From Heterodontus francisci (taxonomy: Eukaryota), in NCBI RefSeq assembly GCF_036365525.1, contig NC_090379.1, positions 107,122,673 through 107,186,672 on the forward strand: a stretch of DNA of 64,000 nt. The letters run 5' to 3'. The position numbers and the translations under genes were made by a program. Below, piece by piece: positions 52,268 to 64,000 of this stretch. The notes below the pieces were generated by a model, which saw nothing but the letters and a program-made list of their open reading frames with translations, did no database searches and was not told the origin of the DNA. Positions within the stretch are counted from its first letter, which is position 1, and the number at the start of each line of letters is the position of its first letter.

Positions 52268-54336
52268 CAGTCAACTGCACAGTCCTCAGGAAGGCAAAGT
52301 CCCATCTTCACACTCAGGACACCTTCATTGTGTTATGTGGCACTACCACCATGCTAAATGTGATAGAGGCAGAACAGATCTAGCCACTCAAAACTGGGCA
52401 TCAATGAGGCATTGTGGGTCATTAGCAACAGAATTGTAATCTACCACAATCTCTAATCTCTCAGCCTGGCATATCCCTCGCTCCCACCATTGCCATCAAG
52501 CCAGGGTATCAACCCTGGTTCAATGTGGTGTGCAGAACAGCATGCCAGGAGCAGCACCAGGCATACCTAAAAATAAGGTGCCAACTTGGTGAAGCTGCAA
52601 CACAGGACTACATGTATGCTAAACACTGGAAGCAGCATGTGATAGACAAAGTTAAGCGATCCCACAACCAACGAAGCAGACCAAAGCTCTGCAATCCCGC
52701 CATATCCAGACATGAATGGCGGTAGACAATTAAACAACTAGCCGGAGAAGGGGTCTCCATGAACACCCCCAACCTTAATGATGGTGGAACACAGCACGCG
52801 AGAGCAAAAGACAAAGCTGAAGCATTTGTATTTATCTTCACACAGCCAGAAGTGCTGAGTCGATGGTCCATCTTGGCTTCCTCCTAAGGTCCCCACCATC
52901 ACAAAAGCCAATCTGATTCACTCCTCATAATAGCAAGAAACGGCTGAGCACACTGGATACAGCAAAGACTTTGAGTCCTGACAACATTTCAGATGTAATG
53001 CTGAAGACTTGTGCTCCAGAACTAGCCGTACCTCTAGCCAAGCTGTTCCAGTACACATACAACACCAGCATCTACTGGACAATATGGAAAATGGGTCAAC
53101 TATGTCCTTTCCACAAAAAGCAGGACAAATTCAATGTGACTAATTACTGTGCCATCATTCTATTCTCAATCATCAGCAAAGTGATGGAAGGAGTCATCAA
53201 CAGTGCTGTCAAGCACCACTTAAATCATCAATAACCTGCTCACTGATGCTCAGTTTGGGTACAGTTCGGACCACTTGGCTCCTGACCTCATAACAGAATT
53301 GGGCCAAACATGGTAAAAGGGGTTGAATTCCAGAGGTAAGGTGACAGTGATTGCCCTTGACATCAGGGCAGGATTTGACCAAGTATGGCATCAAAGACTC
53401 CTAGTAAAATGAAAGCCCACGGGAATCGAGGGAAAACACTCCACTGGCAGCAGTCATATCTAGCACAAAGGAAGATGGTTCTAGTTGTTGGAGGCCAATC
53501 AGTTCAACCCCAGGACATCACTGCAAGAGTTTCCCAGCGTAGTGCCCTAGGCCCAACCATCTTCAGCTGCTTCACCAATGACCTGCCTTCCATCATTTGG
53601 GCTTGGGGTGGTTAGTGGCAAAAACATTCCCACAACACGATTGCCAGGCCATGACCATCTCCAACAAAAGTGTGTCTAATCACCTCCCCATGACATTCAA
53701 CAGCATTACCATCATTGAATCCCCAACCATCAACATCCCATTAATCAGAAACTTAAGTGGACAAGCCACATAAATATTGTGACTACAAGAGCAGGTCAGA
53801 GGCTGGGAATTCTGCAGCAAGTGACTAATCTCCTGACTCGCAAAGCCTGTCCACCATCTACAAGGCACAAGTTAGGAGTGTGATGGAATACTCTCCACTT
53901 GCCTGGATTAGTGCAGCTCCAACAACACTCATGAAGCTCAACACCATCCAGGACAAAGCAACCGGCTTGATTGGCATCCCATCCATCATCTTAAATCTTC
54001 ACTCCCTCCACCACTGCTGCAATGTGGCTGCAGTGTGTACCATCTACAAGAGGCACTGCAACAACTCACCAAGGACAAGGGGAGCAGATGTGTTGGAACA
54101 ACACTACCCGCAAGTTACACATCACCTGACTTGGAAATATATTGCCATTCCTTCAGCATCGCTATGTCAAGATCCTGGAACTTTCTACCTAATAGCACTG
54201 TCGGTATAACTACACCACACAGAGTGCAGCAGTTCAAGAAGACGGCTCACAACCACCTTCTCAAGAGAATTTAGGGCAGGGCAATAAAGGCTGATCTTGC
54301 CAGCAACACCGACATCCCGTGAATGAATTTTTAAAA
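52268..54336 (+). mobile_element. CR1-group LINE family B, older diverged copy
   Basis: LKTCAPELAVPLAKLFQ, VVGGQS..DITA, MEYSPLAW; family-B tail near 54270-54336. Confidence 0.9.
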
Positions 54337-55019
54337 AGCCTCAAAAGGAGCGTAAATGCCAGCATGGATTGGTTGGGTCAAATGGCCCGTTTCTGTGCTG
54401 TATATTCTATGTAATTCTGTGCAATGCATTGATGGGGCACTGATTAGTGCAAGCTGTGCCACCCAAAATGGCTACTCAGACTCTCACTAGAAATGAATCT
54501 GTACCATCTTCGGATACCAGGGTCCCTCAACCTTCATATATAAATCTTCAACACATCTGTCAATGTGAAACTCTGGTTCAGAGTAACATATGCACTAAAA
54601 ATATTACAAATCCCAACAGACTGGCATTCATGAAGTTTACTGCACTATGTTTGAGGCACAGGGGTTTTAGTTCAAACATGATGAGCATCTTCACTTGATT
54701 AAAATATAAATCAGAGCAGCCCATTATGTTTATTATGTGTGTGCTATTCATGCCTGTGGTTACATTTCAAAGCATCAAAGAGGAAGGAAATCTTGTCAGG
54801 ACTGGTTTCAGCACCAATGCACACTGTAAACAATATTTTTTTTTTAATAAAAAAAAATTCACAGCATGTCACTCCCCTTTATGAATGGAGCATACTTGGC
54901 CGATATTAACAGCCAAGTGGAACTGAAAAGAAAATTTCAAGTTTACACAAGTTTTCTAGTCCTCTAGATTCCTTAACAAACAAAGCAACTGCCAGCAGCC
55001 TGAATATACTCACATTGGG

Positions 55020-56755
55020 ATACAGCATGCAGAAACTCAAACACATCCAAAATTCAACCTTCAGCATTCTGTCCCACATTAGGTCCTAATTTCTTCCACT
55101 ACCCCAATATATCTTCAATCCAAAAGTACTTTTTGGAATTTTCCCTCCCCAAACTTCACCGTTTCCTGGGCTAAAATTCCATTTGACTGCCTTCTTGGCT
55201 CTCCTTGGACCGTCACCTTCCACTAATACTGTAATCCTCAGCTTGATATTTCTTCAGCCACCAATTTGATGAATCAGTCCCTCTCCTCTGTCTTTCATGC
55301 CATTTTCTCGAGTAAACTTTCTGCTCTACCCCCTCCTGGTCTTTCCCCATGGTGTGACCCCAATCTTCATAAGTCCAAGGAGTCCTGACTTAAGCGTATA
55401 TGGTGCACAACTAGATTAGCCATCCATCACCAGATCTGGCTGGACCACATGGAGAACAAGGCCCCAATCCTATCTGCCAAAATTGCCCACTACTTTACGG
55501 CCTTCACCTGGAGCAGGCTAGAGAATAAAGATAACCCTCAACTTCTTTTCTCCACTACCACCATCTCCTCCCTTCTGCCCTGCCACCCTTACTTTCAACA
55601 TGTAAATGATCATGGAATTCATTGTCACTAAGATTGAGACCATCTCTTCAACAGCCTCTGCTGCTTCCTTTGCCCACCAAGCCACACTTCCCCTCAGGTT
55701 TCCTCTTATCCCAGAATCCTCAACTCTTTCCTTTATCCCCTCAAGCCCTCCCTTGAGTTCATTTAGTCAGAGATGCATCTCCTGCTCCCTTGACCCCATT
55801 CTCACTAAACTGCAGCCATCCAACTTTCCTTCCTGGCCTCCGTGCTAGCTAGCATTATAAATGATTCCTTCTCCTCTGGTACTGTTCCTGTTCCTCTCAA
55901 AACAATTCCCATCACTCACACCCCTCAAATATCCCTTGCTAGACCCCTCTGTTTCTCACTATCATTGCCCTATCATCATCCTCCCTTTCCGCTACAAACT
56001 CCCTTAAATGTTTATTGCCTCACAGATCACTCACCACCCATCACTCCTGCAGGGACGTCTAACCAGGTGTCTACCCCTCTCACAGCCCTGAGACGGCCCT
56101 AGACAAAGTCAGAACCGACATTCCCTGCGGTTGTGACCCTGGTGCATTATCCCTCTTTTTCCACCTCAACATGTCAACAGTCTATCACAGACAGTCAATC
56201 ACACACCCTCCTCTTCCTCAGTCTCTGCCTGGTCATGCAGTTTAGTATTTTTTATTCATTCACAGCATGTGGGCATCACTGACTAGGCCAGCATTTATTG
56301 CCCATCCCTAATTGCCCTTGAGAAGGTGGTGGTGAGCTGCCTTCTTGAACTGCTGCAGTCCATGTGGTGTAGGTACACCCACAGCGCTGTTAGGAAGTGA
56401 GTTCCAAGATTTTGATCCAGCGACAGTGAAGGAGCAGCGATATAGTTTCAAGTCAGGATGGTGTGCGACTTGGAGGAGAACTTGCAGGTGTTGTGTCCAC
56501 TTTTCCCCTATGTCTCTGTGAAGTACCTTTGGATGTTTTTCAACATTATTGGTACAATCTAAATGCAAGAATGCAAGCTTTTCTTACTTACCCCTAAAAG
56601 CTTTCAAAAAACCCCTCTTTTCAACCAAGCTTTTACTCACCCCTCCTAACACTCCCACCATGGCTCCTATTATTTATTTATTCCCTGCCACCATCCTGTC
56701 AAGCTCACTGGGGCATTTCCAACATTAAAAGGCACCACATGAATGAAAGTTGAGG
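55020..56755 (+). mobile_element. Highly decayed L2 LINE fragments, interrupted by a family-B 3' end
   Basis: C/T-rich L2-like ORF2 remnants (SCSLDPI, IINDSFSSGTVP); L2-type 3' ends near 56520-56570 and 56700-56755. Confidence 0.65.
56248..56492 (-). mobile_element. CR1-group LINE family B, 3' end
   Basis: Reverse of the family-B tail; ORF piece SWNSLPNSAVG..FKKAAHHHLLKGN. Confidence 0.88.
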
Positions 56756-57469
56756 TATGTAAAACTGCTGCCTAAACTCACTTCCCTACTGCAGATTATA
56801 CTGCATACAATGCAAATTAGGCACTTTATTTGTACATTTTCATTACTTTAGCAGTTCTGTTCTCTGCGAGCATTAAAAAGTAGAGATTTAATAGATATTG
56901 TTGAAGAATGCTAGTTCAAAAGATGTTTAAAAGTCCTTGAGCCCAATTCTTGAAATATACTTTATCTCAAAGCACTTCTGAGAATATGAAGGGGAAAAAA
57001 ACTGTTAACATTAGTCAGAATCGATAAAATCTTCCTCCACATAAAATACTTAATTGCCCAACAAGGTAAAAATCATCTGCAACATTTAAGAGATCATCAT
57101 GATAGGGCTCATATTAGTCAGATGCTCTTCTGACTATCTACAAGTAGACAGACATCTTAATTCAGAGGAGGCGATTTAAAATGACAGTGAGGAACTCCAA
57201 GTGCACAGAAAAACTAGCAAGTTCAGAACTGCATAGGGTCAGAAATAGGACAGAGGAATTGCAAAGTTTGCTTTTGCACATGAACATGAACTACATTTAG
57301 AAAATGAAGTCAGCAATACCCAAGTAAGTAATCTAATATTAAATCACCACATATGATTTTTCCCAAAGCAGCACAAGAACTAAAGCTAGAAAACTGCATG
57401 ACTCAAACATCTAGGCCTGTTTATACCACCAGAGCCCGTGACAGCCTGAACTTTCAGATATCAGGTATC

Positions 57470-57915
57470 AGCTGTGGTTCAGTGGTAGCACTTTCTCCTC
57501 TGAGTCAGAATGGTGTGGGATCAAGACCTACTTCAGAGACTTCAGCACAAAATCCAGGCTGGCAATCTCAGTGCAGTACGGAGAGAGTGCTACAATGTTG
57601 GAGGCGCCGTCTTTCGGATGCACATTAAACCGAAGACCATGTGCCTCTCAGGTGGATGTAAAATATCCATTGAAACGATTTGAAGAAGCGCAGGGAAGTT
57701 ATCCCCAGTGTCCTGGCCAATATTTACCCCTCAAACACCTAAAACAGGTTATCCGGTCATTATCACATTGCTGTTTGTGGGAGCTTGCCGCACACAAATC
57801 GGCTGCTGTATTTCCTGCATCATAACAATGACGGCACTACAAAAGTACTTCATTGGCTCTAAAGCACTTTGAGACTTCCTGAGGCTATGAAAGGCGCTAT
57901 ATCAATGCAAGTGCT
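57470..57915 (+). mobile_element. Full-length DeuSINE (SacSINE1-like)
   Basis: tggttcagtgg A box, ggatcaagac degenerate B box, Deu-like domain (gccgtctttcggatg..ttaaaccga), tail aaaggcgctatatcaatgcaagt. Confidence 0.88.
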
Positions 57916-60176
57916 TTAATTCCCTTCATTGTTCAAAGCAGCACAAGAAGTGAAGCAGCATGGCTGAAATATTGAGGAAAGTTCACAGCGCCAGAGCCCT
58001 TATCAGCCTGAACTTCCAGATTATACAGTGAGTATAGAAGTTGTCCCTTGGCACATTAGCTCTAGAAGTGTCTGTAGCACAAGTGTGGTTCATAATCTAC
58101 CTTGGTAAGAGTAACAGGCGCAAAACAATTTTAAATCCAGGTCTCTGACAAGTTATTGGTTTACTCAAGGCTTGGTTTACAAGTAAAACACAGTGGTTTA
58201 GATTTTGTTCTGTCTAAATACAACGCTCAATGTCTCACAGCCTCAATAAAGTGGAGCAGCACACAGCAGTACAAACACTTCAGCACCGTTACTTCCGAAC
58301 TCAAATGGAAGCCAGATGCAAATTTAGGCATTCTTGACAGATGTAGTTCCCAGGACCGCCCTATTCACACGCTAGGGGAAAATGAGGTGGCTCAATTTCA
58401 CTGACTGCATGTTGAATTAAGAGTGAAGAGTCAACCTTGAAAGTCAAGGGAAAGTGTAGTTTCAAACAGTTCTTATGTTAGCCTGAAAGACTTTGTGCGA
58501 CCGTCTCCTGAACCTCTTCGCAGACAAATTACATGTTAGCACTGTTCTCAAGCAATCTTCAACATTCAACTATAAATAAAAATTTCATCCAAAAAAAAAG
58601 TAAATGAACTTTGGCTGGAAACACAAAGTAGCCCAAACGTTGAGGCCAACTCTCAGTGATCTGGACAATGTGCAGAAGACACAAAACTGAGAAGGAATCG
58701 ATCGGAATTGCTGAATTCTTGCACCCGAATGATTTACTGCCTTCCTGATGAACAGCATTCAAGATACACAGTTTATAGCAATGACAGAAAGAAGATGTGG
58801 CTTGGTGAAGCTGGTCAGGATGTGGAATGAAGACTGAGAGGAGCACCTGGGTGTATTTCTGACCCTCCATCTGTCTGCACATGTCTTGGAAGGCTCCTAA
58901 TGAGAAGGCTAGAGAACCAGGCTTTCTTCAGCTAGTAAGACTGTTACTAATATGTGGAGGACAGTTCACCATTGCTGCACAGCAGCAATATGAGGATGGA
59001 TAGATATGCTGGAGGTTTGCTTAATAATCTTTGGTGACGCAGTAGAGGCCAGGACAGAGGAAATTGGACAAGTTCTGTGGCAGGAAGGAGCATGTCCATT
59101 TTTCACACCATGTTCTTTATCTGCTCATATGGGGAGGATGCATACAAACTGTCCAGTGCTAGTTCCTCAGTCTTGGGTCCTGTGACCTTTTGTTCCGTCT
59201 TTGGGTAACCTCAACTGATGTAGACAATATGGGTCTTGTCATGATGAGCAGTCTAATTTATGTTATGGTAAGCATCACCTCGCTGAGGGAATCCACTGCA
59301 GCACTATCATGTAATCAGAGAATGATACAGCACAGGAGGCCATTCAGCCCATCATGTCTGTGCCATAATACTGAACCGAAGTTTTGTGGATATATATGTG
59401 CATGACACTGAACGATCAATGGAGTGAGGGTTGCGGGTGAGGGAGGGGTGTAGAGGGGTTGGCAGCAAGGGCAAGGGGGTGGCTCTCAGCAGGCTGCCCC
59501 CTTTCCCAATGCCAGGTCCCTCGATCAGGCACTAAGTGTCTTTTAATGAGACCTCCCCCGAACAACCCAGAGCTGGCAAGCAACCTGCATCTGTCTGTCT
59601 ATCTGTCCAGAACATCACCATTTTATTGTGTGCCAATTCCTAAAAAAAGGGCATAGAATGCTCCTAGTTCAAACTTGTTGCATTTGCGCTGAGTCAATTG
59701 CCAGTTGCCTTTGATATACTGGGGCAAGAGAGTCAGAGCATCAGCAAATCATTGAGACTTGCAATGATCCTTCTTGCACAAAGGGGTTCATGCCCTGTAC
59801 CACTAAAATAGTTTTGAGGAAGAGTGTTGTAATGCAAGTTTTCTCCCAATTTTGTGTGTTCAAAGTGAATTGCAATTTCCATGAGCAGATCTATGTCCCA
59901 GATCACTCAAGATAATTGCAGGCACATTGTAGTGCCTCAGGACTAGGAATAACCTTTTCATCAGATTATCTAAAATCGGAAGTCGTACAAGCTGCCCAAC
60001 ATGCACTCCTGTTCTGCACCATGTAGAAAAATACCACAGTGTCAGGCTGCATCATTCAGGCTAAAGCCATTAGTCAAATTTATTATAATAAAATATACAG
60101 TGAAGCAACAGAATGAAATTAGTGAAAATTATAAAGTAATTTTTATTTATACATAAAAGAGATAAGTTGCTTTCAA

Positions 60177-61620
60177 CAAGAACTTACATTTTAGTGTGAG
60201 AAACATCTCGAGGAACTTCACGGGGGTAAAATCAGACAAATAAGGAAGCCGACCTAAAGAAGAGGATATTAGATGGGGTCATCAAAAGCTTGGTCAAACA
60301 GGAGGTCTGTAAGGAGAAACTTAAAGGAAAAGCAGGAGATTGAAAACAGCAGAGGTTCAGAGAGGGAATTCCAGAACAAAGGAACTAAACAGCTAAAGGC
60401 CCAGTCGGCAACAGCATCGGCAGGGAGGAGTCAGAGTTAGAGGAATAGAAAATTTGGGTCAGGCAGTAAGGCTGCAGGAGGTTACAGAGATAGGGAGGGG
60501 CTAGGTCATGAAGGCATTTAAAAACAAGAATGAGAATTTTAAATTGAAAACCAAGGTGTCTCTGTAAGGATAGGGGTAATGGGGGGAGGGGCCTGGTGTG
60601 GGATTGAGCACAGGCAGTAAAGATTTAAATGAGTTGAAGTTTATGGTGGTGGGAGAATAGGAGGCCAACCAGCAGAATATTTGGAGTTGACAAAGACACG
60701 AAGAGCTGAGCTAAGGATGTAAGTGGGCAATAAGGAGGTTGAAATAGGCAGTGTTTATGATGGAGAGGACAGAAGCTCAGATCTTCGCCTGGCTCACATA
60801 GAATGTCAAGATTGCAAACTATTGCAAACATTCAATCTGAGGAAGTGGCCCAGAGAGAGATGACAAGGGGTTTGTGGCAAGGACTGGCAATGATGGTTTC
60901 AGTCTTCCTAATGTTTAACTAGAAGAAATTGCGACTATCAGAGATTGGATGGTGGGCAAGTAGGCTGAAAACGCTGAGGTGCCAGAAAAGTAGAGGCAAA
61001 CGATGCAAAGGTAGAGCTGGGTGTCGTTAGCATATGTGAAAGCTGACCTCATGTCTTCTGATGATGTAGTCAAATTGCAACAAGCTGATAAAGAAGAGAA
61101 AGGGGTCAAGGCCAGATCCTTGGAGGACTCAAGAAATAAAAAGGTGCAGGAGTGGAAAAAGAAGCTATTATTATAAATTCCTGACTATAACTGGATAGAT
61201 AAGAATGAAACCAAGAAAGGGCATTACCAGTGAGCTGGAAAACAGAGGAGAAGCATTGGAGGAGATTGGTGTGGTCGACCAAGATGGCAGAGTTGTCAAT
61301 GAGGGATGGTGTACCATGGTCACAGTAGCAGAGGATGTTATTTGTGACTTTGATCATAACTGTTTCAATGCTGCAACAGAAGCAAAAACCTGATTGGAAA
61401 GATACAAATAAAATGTAGCTGTGGAAAAGATGTGCACATATTTGGGAAGCAGCAATACATTTGCAGACTTTAGAAAGGAAAGAGATGTTGGAGTTGAGGC
61501 AATAAAGTCTAGGGTGGAGAAACTCAAAAGAGTTAAGGGTTTAAAGCTAGGAGAAGGGCAGGTATGGTTTGATGGGCAAGGGGAAATGAGAGGCAGGAGC
61601 AACAGAATGAACAAGGCACA
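60177..61620 (-). mobile_element. Decayed L2 LINE (RT to 3' end)
   Basis: YANDTQLY, ALSWFHSYLS, KVTNNIL on the minus strand; L2 tail near 60177. Confidence 0.8.
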
Positions 61621-61634
61621 CTCTTAGTGCCAGA

Positions 61635-61920
61635 GAACATAGTTTCTGAATAATGGGTAGGCCATTTAAGAATGAGATGAGGAAGAATTTCTTCACTCGG
61701 AGGGTGGTGAATCTTTGGAATTCTCTACCCCAGAGGGCTATGGAAGCTCAACCATTGAGCATGTTCAAGACAGAAATGGATAGATATCTGGATACTAATG
61801 AGATCAAGGGACATGGGGATAGCGCGGGAAAGTGGTGTTGAGGTAGATGATCAGCCATGATCTAACTGAATGGCGGTGCAGACTCGACGAGCTAAAAGGC
61901 CTACTCCTGCTCCTATGTTC
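61635..61920 (+). mobile_element. CR1 LINE 3' end
   Basis: RKNFFTRRVVNLWNSLP..FKTEMDRYL; CR1 3'UTR gatcagccatgat...ggcctactcctgctcctatgttc. Confidence 0.9.
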
Positions 61921-62046
61921 CCAGAAAGGCAACTGGGGATTATCTATGCTCTTCATGACAATACTGGAACAGTGAGAGGAGAGGAGAGCAAGTCTCGATA
62001 GCACTTGATGTGGTCCAGCCAGAGCTGGTGATGAATGGCTAAATTG

Positions 62047-62405
62047 GGCAGCACAGTGGCGCAGTGGTTAGCACCGCAGCCTCACAGCTCCAGCGACCCG
62101 GGTTCAATTCTCGGTACTGCCTGTGCGGAGTTTGCAAGTTCTCCCTGTGACTGCGTGGGTTTTCGCCGGGTGCTCCGGTTTCCTCCCACAGCCAAAGACT
62201 TGCAGGTTGATAGGTAAATTGGCCATTATAAATTGCCCCTAGTGTAGGTAGGTGGTAGGGGAATTGAGGGAAGGTGGGGATGCGGTAGGAATATGGGATT
62301 AATGTAGGATTAGTATAAATGGGTGGTTGATGGTCGGCACAGTTGCAGTGGGTAAAAGGGCCTGTTTCAGTGCTGTATCTCTAAATAAATAAATATATAT
62401 ATATA
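62047..62405 (+). mobile_element. Full-length V-SINE (HE1-like, tRNA-derived)
   Basis: A box tggcgcagtgg, B box ggttcaattc, V-domain gggtgctccggtttcctcccaca, CR1-like 3' end, (taaa)/(ta)n tail; flanks taaattg/taaactg (6 of 7 match as TSD). Confidence 0.93.
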
Positions 62406-62464
62406 TAAACTGTGCACCAGCTATGCACAGATCTGCATTTGATGAACTTGAGGGAAAAGAAAGA

Positions 62465-62915
62465 CAGATTTGCATTTATATAGTGCCTTTCACAACGACC
62501 AGATGTCTCCAAGCACTTTACAGCCAATGAAGTACATTTGAAGTGTAGTCACTGTTGTAATATAGGAAACATGGCAGCCAATTTGCACATAGCAAGCTCC
62601 CACAAACAGTAATGTGATAATGACCAAATAATCTGTTTATGTGATGTTGACTGAGGGATAAATATTGGCTAGGACACTGGGCTAACTCCCCTGCTCTTCT
62701 TCGAAATAGTGCCATGGGATCTTTTACATTCACCCTAGCAGTCAGATGGGGCTTCGGTTTAATGTCGCATCCAAAAGACGGCACCTCCAAGAGTGCAGCA
62801 CTCCCTCAGTACGGCACTAGAGTGCTAATCCTGATTTTTGCGTTCTTCTGAAGTGGAACTTGAACCTGGAACCTTCTGACTTAGGAGGCAAGAGTGCGAC
62901 TAAAAGTTCCACAGC
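62465..62915 (-). mobile_element. Full-length DeuSINE
   Basis: Reverse complement colinear with 57470-57915. Confidence 0.88.
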
Positions 62916-63387
62916 TGATACTGAGGAAACATGGTAGGTGAATAAGCAGGATAGGAAAGAGTAAGCTGGGGACAACAGCATCGAAGGTGGAGGAAAGTGG
63001 CTGAGCAGACAGACAGTTGCAGATGTAGCATGATAAATGTAAGGCCAACAGCTAGGCAGTTGGGACTTTGTGGAGATGCAAGTAACTTTGGGTAAGAGGT
63101 TTTTCCAGGAATGGACGCAGAGGGAGTGGGACTGGTAGGGCAAAGAGCAGTGTGTGGTGAGGCTTACAAGAAAGCAGTCAGAGATGGTCTTATTGGTAAT
63201 CGAGACCATGGAAGTAGGAAATGGTCTCCTACCTCCTACCATGGCAACAGGAAATGACAAGGTAAAGGATCAGCTGTCAATAGGGCTAGCAGAGTTTATA
63301 TGGTGGGAGAGGTTTTGGGAGAGGAGGACAGCAGTGAAATCAGAGGAGAGAGGGAAAGGACAGATGAGATGGAGATTGAAAAAAAAA

Positions 63388-64000
63388 GCAGGACAAGTCC
63401 AACCCGGCCAATTACCACCCTATCAGTCTACTCTCAATCATCAGTAAAGTGATGGAAGGTGTCTTCAATAGTGCCATCAAGCGGCACTTCCTTAGCAATA
63501 ACCTGCTCAGAGACGCTCAGTTTGGGTTCCGCCAGGGCCACTCAGCTCCTGACCTCATTACGGCCTTGGTCCAAACATGAACAAAAGAGCTGAACACAAG
63601 AGGTGAGGTGAGAGTGACTGCCCTTGACATCAAGGCAGCATTTGACAGAGTATGGCATCAAGGAGCCCTAGCAAAAGTGGTCAATGGGAATCAGGGGGAA
63701 AACTCTCCACTGGTTTGAGTCATACAGAGCACAAAAGAAGATGGCTGTGCTTGTTGGAGGTCAATCATCTGAGCTCCAGGACATCACTGCAGGAGTTCCT
63801 CAGGGTAGTGTCCTAGGCCCAACCATCTCCAATTGCTTCATCAATGACTTTCCTTCAATCAAAAGGTCAGACATGGGGATGTTCGCTGATGATTGCACAA
63901 TGTTCAGCACCATTTGCGACTCCTCAGATACTGAAGCAGTCCGTGTAGAAATGCAGCAAGACCTGGACAATATCCAGGCTTGGGCTGATAAGTGGCAAGT
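63388..64000 (+). mobile_element. CR1-group LINE family B, RT region; runs off the window end
   Basis: Closely similar to 49035-49690 and 39184-39595; ttcgctgatgat (FADD) near 63882. Confidence 0.93.

Noticed and set aside
58559-59150. Possible Harbinger or other transposase remnant
   Set aside because: Only vague similarity; no catalytic motif or terminal repeats could be confirmed
62047-62120. tRNA-like sequence with A and B boxes
   Set aside because: It is the tRNA-derived head of a V-SINE and continues directly into the V-domain; not a tRNA gene

Overview
Eukaryotic, repeat-dominated, apparently non-genic (intronic or intergenic) DNA. The repeat content (V-SINE/HE1-like and DeuSINE/SacSINE1-like SINEs, CR1/HER1-like LINEs) points to a cartilaginous fish, probably a shark; this is an inference. 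The long ORFs I can recognise are all decayed retroelement fragments. Contents: two CR1-group LINE families (including a near full-length CR1 with zinc-finger/coiled-coil plus SGNH-esterase ORF1), L2 remnants, a 5'-truncated RTE with a perfect 25-bp TSD, and a Neptune-type Penelope-like element (RT + GIY-YIG) with a hammerhead-ribozyme motif in its terminal repeat. There are also seven solo-LTR-like elements of three families, a Tc1/mariner-type and a hAT-type MITE, and several minisatellites. No host protein-coding gene, rRNA, tRNA gene or CRISPR array could be supported, and I found no convincing novel system. Most worth a second look: a 147-bp hammerhead-only Penelope terminal insert with an 11-bp TSD, a head-to-head pair of hammerhead-bearing termini, an LTR-like 1.2-kb insert with ambiguous ends, three-level nested insertions, and repeat-free AT-rich blocks at about 25.8-28.9 kb that could be conserved non-coding elements. 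Boundaries of old repeats are approximate.
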